64,000 nt of DNA from Callorhinchus milii. Taxonomy: Eukaryota. The notes beneath the pieces are model-generated. The model saw only the letters and a program-made list of their open reading frames with translations, had not been told where the DNA came from and searched no databases. This document shows positions 59,167 to 64,000 of this stretch, in pieces (position 1 is the stretch's first letter; each line of letters begins with the position of its first letter). The stretch covers positions 40,736,001 to 40,800,000 of the forward strand of contig NW_024704742.1 of NCBI RefSeq assembly GCF_018977255.1, read 5' to 3'. The translations under genes and the position numbers were made by a program.

Positions 59167-60431
59167 CTGTTAAAATAAAAAAAAACTTCATTCAGAAAGC
59201 TGAAAGGCAATTGCAGAAGATTGCACCTTTCTCCCTGCTAAAACCAAACAATGTAAATGTCAAATTAATATTTAAAGCTAGACTTAACGGTTCAAAATTT
59301 TCTAATACTATGTGTCTATGTGTGAATTGTGAATGGAAAGTATTAATGAGACAGTGAGTGTTCCCATCTGGCTATGTCACCAGTATGTGTTCCTGTGATA
59401 TCCTTTATGGAACTTCATCTTTTTAGCCACTTTGGAATCGAAGAACATAGTGTATAAACCAGCATGGCCTTGTCTGAAGAGAGAAATAATTTTCAACATC
59501 CTTTCAGCAATTAGCTAAATAAAGTCACTGGCAGCAACACTATTCTAAGCCTATCATTTCAACATGAAATAAAATGAAATATAGGGGAGTGGATAGGAGT
59601 TTGCACTACCAATCAGATCACTAAAATTAAATGTATGATAATCTTAATTTACAGTCTGGCTTTCTAAAGGAGATATGTTTATTACTGGACGATGGGCCAT
59701 CTGGAGGCTGAATGAAAGAGATAACTGAAATGGGTGGCCGCAATGAGTCTAAGGGCTTCCCGCTCCTTTTCCTTTCCCAGCTTCAAGGAAACCAAGAGTG
59801 GGGAACTAACATGAGAAATATTACAAATGTTGTATAAGTATGTATTTATGAGTACGTATTAAACTATTAGGTAAACTAAACTAGTACGTATTAAAGGAAA
59901 TTGGAGGAAAAAATTGAACACGTTATTCCATATAATCGAATCTAAGGGTGAATCAATATTAATTTATTATTTATTAATTTATTTAAGATGTCAAGTAATC
60001 AAATAGATCAACAGCAGTGTACACTGTTCAATACAACCATCAAATATTGCAATTACTAATAAAGTATTTTATGATTTCAAATACTCATTTCTATTGAAGG
60101 AGCAGTTCTTTTCAAAAAATTGCAAGGAAACCAATCATAGAAACTAAGTTTTAATATTAAATCCAAATTTAAAACAGACATCAAAGGTGGCTGTAACGTG
60201 GAGTAATTATACTTTGCTGAAACTCACTACAACTATTTTCCCTCATTTGTCAGATGCTGACATCTGTTATCACTGGAGATCTGTGTGAGGCAAAGTTAAA
60301 TCAGTCTTGAAACTAAACCCAACTTTCAATAAACCAAAGTATGGATCCATCATGCTCACTGGCAGCACTGCCGCCTATGTTTTCAGCCTCTCTAGTGACC
60401 GCTTCTTATAACAAAAAGAATCAGAACTTAC

Positions 60432-60449
60432 CCGTGCTTTGACATATTT
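60432..60449 (-). CDS. PROM1: Prominin-1 18-nt microexon KYVKAR
   Basis: tgcctgccag|AAATATGTCAAAGCACGG|gtaagt; frame-preserving; same position as the facultative 6-aa exon of vertebrate prominin-1. Confidence 0.85.
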
Positions 60450-60735
60450 CTGGCAGGCATTTAAGAAAGTAGGAAAATAAAGTTAATTTAAATACAGCCT
60501 GAGATATCAGATTGATATGCCCAAGATTAAAGCATTTTATGAAATTCAAATGGTTGGAAACAGGAGAAATCGTAGTCACAAGAAGCAGAGAAACACTGTA
60601 AATATTTATCCACATGAAAAAATGACTAGATCAACTAGCTGTCTCATCACTTTTGGAGACTTGATGGGAAAAATGTCCACCTTCTGTGATGTGTTACTCT
60701 AAGATTCTATGAAATGCTCATTGCATGTTTCTTAC

Positions 60736-60828
60736 CATAGTTTGTTCCAGAGGAATGACTTGGTCATTGTGGATTTTCCGAATATTGTTTGCATGACCTT
60801 TAAGCGCATTCTCTAATGCACCTCTAGG
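60736..60828 (-). CDS. PROM1: Prominin-1 exon PRGALENALKGHANNIRKIHNDQVIPLEQTM
   Basis: 93 nt, ttttcag/gtaag, phase 0; typical prominin-1 sequence. Confidence 0.93.
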
Positions 60829-62361
60829 CTGAAAAGCATTAAATAAAGTTAGTTATACAGTAGAAGGCTATTTGAAATTAAAGACTCACTTCCTAATTTT
60901 TGCAATTTAGCATTGAACGTCATGTAAGGAGGTACCTAATTCTGGGAAGCATTAGGCACATAAACTCTATCCTAGTTTTCAAAATATGTGTCCACTTTGT
61001 ACCAGGATTTTCTGTAAGTTTGTTTTTTCTTAATTTCTAAAGGTTCAATTCTATTCAACTGCATATCAACAATCATGAATAAGGTACCAGCAATGCTATT
61101 AATGGGTTACATTGACATCAAAATGTTTCCAGTAAAGGTTGAATGCGCAGTCACCTTTTCACCCTGAGGTCTTACTTCTTAAAGTTGGATTTTTACCTTC
61201 TTTGATATTGCCACCATTTCTTCATCACCGAGTGATGAACAGAACCTCACAGAAAAGCAGCTTTTTTGACGGTGAATAATGAAGCAACTCACCATTGTGT
61301 ACGTAATAATGAGGATGTTTCTGAGCACCTTTTTGCATTTGAAGCGCAACTGCAGAAGGTTATCTCAGAATTGGCCACTTTTATTTATTTTTTAAAAAAT
61401 CAGTATTGATATTTTATGCATTAATGCATTGGAGACAAGCTTTTAACATTCTGAAGGGAATCATTTGGGTGGCAAGAAAATAATTATTTCTGCTGAAGCA
61501 GGAGATAAGAGTTGCGAATATAAAGCTAAGGACCGTATCATCATTGGCAAGTGAGCTTACAGCCACTTGGTCCCCTCACTCTGGAACTCCCTTCCAAAAT
61601 CTCTCTGCCTCAGCCCTTTGCTTTCAAATCCTGCCTGAAAACCTACTTTGTTTTCCACTGCAAATTTGGCCACCTTTCCATTCAAGAGTTCTCGATTCAA
61701 AGAAAGTTTGGGAGATGTTCTCCAAATGTGAAAGACACTTTTATGCTGTTTGCTACATAACCTTAACAACAACAGAACTCTGGTCTGTGGACTTGAGGGG
61801 GAAGTGGGGGTGCAGGGTACCCCCTAAAACTACTCAAATTATCAGGAGTAGTTTTATTACCATTCTATTAGGCCAGAACAAAAAAGCTAAATATTTAAAC
61901 ATTTGAATTACATTTACCCATTTACATTGAGAGTCTGATCCATGCATTTATCACTACCCAGCTCTTCCCTAGACCAGCTGCAGATTATCCAAAAACTCTG
62001 CAGCCTGTGACCGTTCGCACACCAGGCTGCACAAAAATATCACCCCAAATCCGAGTTCTGCTCGCCAGTGAAAGCACTGTCTGGCAAACTTCCCACTGCT
62101 TGTCCAACTGGGACCATTCTACCCATTAGGACTTTGGCTTGCAGGGTTAACAGGATCTAAGTGGAAGAATCCCTGGCCCCAGTATTCAGTCTGCCCTTCT
62201 AAGTGCTTCCGATGAGCCAGACTGGCTGGTTTGTCATTGGCACTGCCCCTCAGTTCAATGGTCCTACCTGGCTCAAGAACTGGACTACTGTAACCACCAC
62301 ACAGGATTGACTCGATTCCAACAATGTATCGCCATCTTGGAGTCAGTTCAGTTCCAAAGAG

Positions 62362-62793
62362 ACTCCACTGGCTCCCTATCCTTCAGAGGGTCCAGTTCAA
62401 GATCCTGGTCCTCACCTACAAAGCCCTCCATGGCCTCGTCCCACCCTATCTCTGCGACCTCCTAACCCCCTACCAACCCGCCTGTTCCCTCCGCTCAGCC
62501 GGCTCCTGCCTGCTCCAAGTCCCCCGACCCACCCGTGGCGGGAAATCTTTCAACCACTCTGCCCCCAACCTCTGGAATTCCATCCCCCAATCACTCTGCC
62601 TCGCCCCCTCCTTAGCTACTTTCAAGTCCAGCCTCAAAATCCTCCTCTTCGACCATGCCATTGGTCACCCCCTCTTCCCCTCCCCTCCCCCTTCCTGACC
62701 CCAGCTCGGGTCTGAAATGCTGCACACCTTCCAGCGCCTTAGGACATCCTCCCGACATGAAGGGCGCTTTACAAATGTAATCTTGTTGTTGTT
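62362..62793 (+). mobile_element. L2 LINE 3' end nested in the unclassified repeat
   Basis: LHWLPILQRVQFKILVLTYKALHGL..LWNSIP..FKSSLK; tail GTTGTTGTT. Confidence 0.9.
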
Positions 62794-63395
62794 TACATCC
62801 CCCTTCAAGGAGGATAGTCACTAGTGGGTCATTTGACATCAGACAAACAACCACAGTTGCGAGTCCTCATGAGGTGGATAGGGGGTACCAGAAACACCTT
62901 GCAAGCTTCCCAGTAAGTAGTACAACTTAGCATGAAATGCTTCTCTTTTCTAATAGAAAAGAATGACACAGAATCTTTAATGTCTTTGCGTAAGAGGGAG
63001 ACAGAACCTCAGTTTAGCATCTCATCTGGAAGATGAAACCGCCAATGCAGGATCCCACCCAATACTGCACCGGTATCAGTCACAATATGATAAAAAGAAT
63101 TAGCAGCAGATTCATCCTCAAGACGCCATCAAGCATTTTCAAACTGTTGTTTCAAAGTAACAATGATGGTGCTTGGCTGTTGCCTTCTCTTGGGACACTG
63201 CCTGGACACAGCATACAGATAAAAATATTGTTCTCAAAATGTAACAAAAAACAAGATAATTCCTTTGTGCAAACCTCTATGACAGCACTAATAAAATGGA
63301 CAAACTACAAACAAATATGGAGTACACCAGTTCACATGGAACTTTAGCACAAATTAATTTATACTAATGCAAATATTCTAAAGTTAAAAACTCAC

Positions 63396-63467
63396 CAATT
63401 TTTCTGCCTTTTCATCCAATTGATTTGCATACGTCAAAAGATCCACTTTTGTTGTTGTTTTGCGTAA
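63396..63467 (-). CDS. PROM1: Prominin-1 exon LRKTTTKVDLLTYANQLDEKAEKL
   Basis: 72 nt, ttctttcag acceptor and gtgag donor, phase 0; matches the prominin second extracellular loop. Confidence 0.9.
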
Positions 63468-64000
63468 CTGAAAGAAACAATGATTTGAATGCCTTACAAT
63501 TGCAAATTATCATGTAATATGAAGTGGGAAGAGTGAGACTAATTATAGCACTCCTATATCTATCCTACAAAAATGTTTTGCCCAAGTTCCATACTGGAGC
63601 AACATGCCTGAAAGCTCAGGGCAGACAAAGTGTGAAAAGAACACAAGTGGAGGACAAGAAAGTGGGGGTGGAAGAGATTGGAAAAGTAGTATGAGGCAAG
63701 AGAATGAAGGCAAGTAGGGACAAGAGAACGAAGGAAAATGTACTGGGGGACAGAGAGCATATGGGGCAAGGATGGGGGTGATGAAAGCGTGGAACTTGGT
63801 AAGGGAAGAGAGATCAGGCTTGGTTGCCCTCTACTGTTACAGTTAAGCAAATACTCACTGCAAAGTATCACACATAAACAATGAAAACATAAAGGAGAAT
63901 GCCCATGGAATGAAATACATTCAAGAACAAAGCCAAAATGGCAGCCACAAAGTCACTTCCTGTGTTCTGCACTTGCGCTATGCGCAGATAATTTCTGCAC

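Overview
Vertebrate (not microbial) genomic DNA, most likely a cartilaginous fish, probably a chimaera such as the elephant shark. This is inferred from the repeat families and protein sequences. The window is AT-rich and repeat-dense and holds two protein-coding genes, both on the minus strand, in the order known from the vertebrate FGFBP1-(FGFBP2)-PROM1 block. (1) An FGF-binding protein gene, FGFBP1-like. It has a TATA box at 33127-33134, a short non-coding exon 1, a 2.7-kb intron filled by a G/C-skewed minisatellite, and a single GC-rich coding exon at 30333-29604 that carries a 1-nt frameshift in a G-run. (2) The 3' part of prominin-1 (PROM1/CD133). Twelve coding exons are readable between 63467 and 54094, including an 18-nt KYVKAR microexon and an array of alternative C-terminal exons (HFTL-stop, VENIHMK, LENGSNGY, TPSYDT...PGW). 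A candidate last exon and 3'UTR lie at about 42250-41030. No intact FGFBP2 is seen in its expected slot. The rest is CR1, L2 and other LINE fragments, a young tRNA-Ala-derived SINE, older Deu-domain SINEs, hAT and Tc1/mariner MITEs, Penelope-type ends carrying minimal hammerhead-ribozyme motifs, an abundant unclassified ancient repeat, and several unexplained inverted repeats. The long Pro/Gly ORFs in the track are tandem-repeat artefacts. I found no wholly new multi-gene system. The best leads are the PROM1 microexon and C-terminal splicing array, the hammerhead motifs, the unusual FGFBP locus and the near-perfect 54-bp inverted repeat. Homology calls rely on recalled family sequences, not database searches, and repeat boundaries are approximate.
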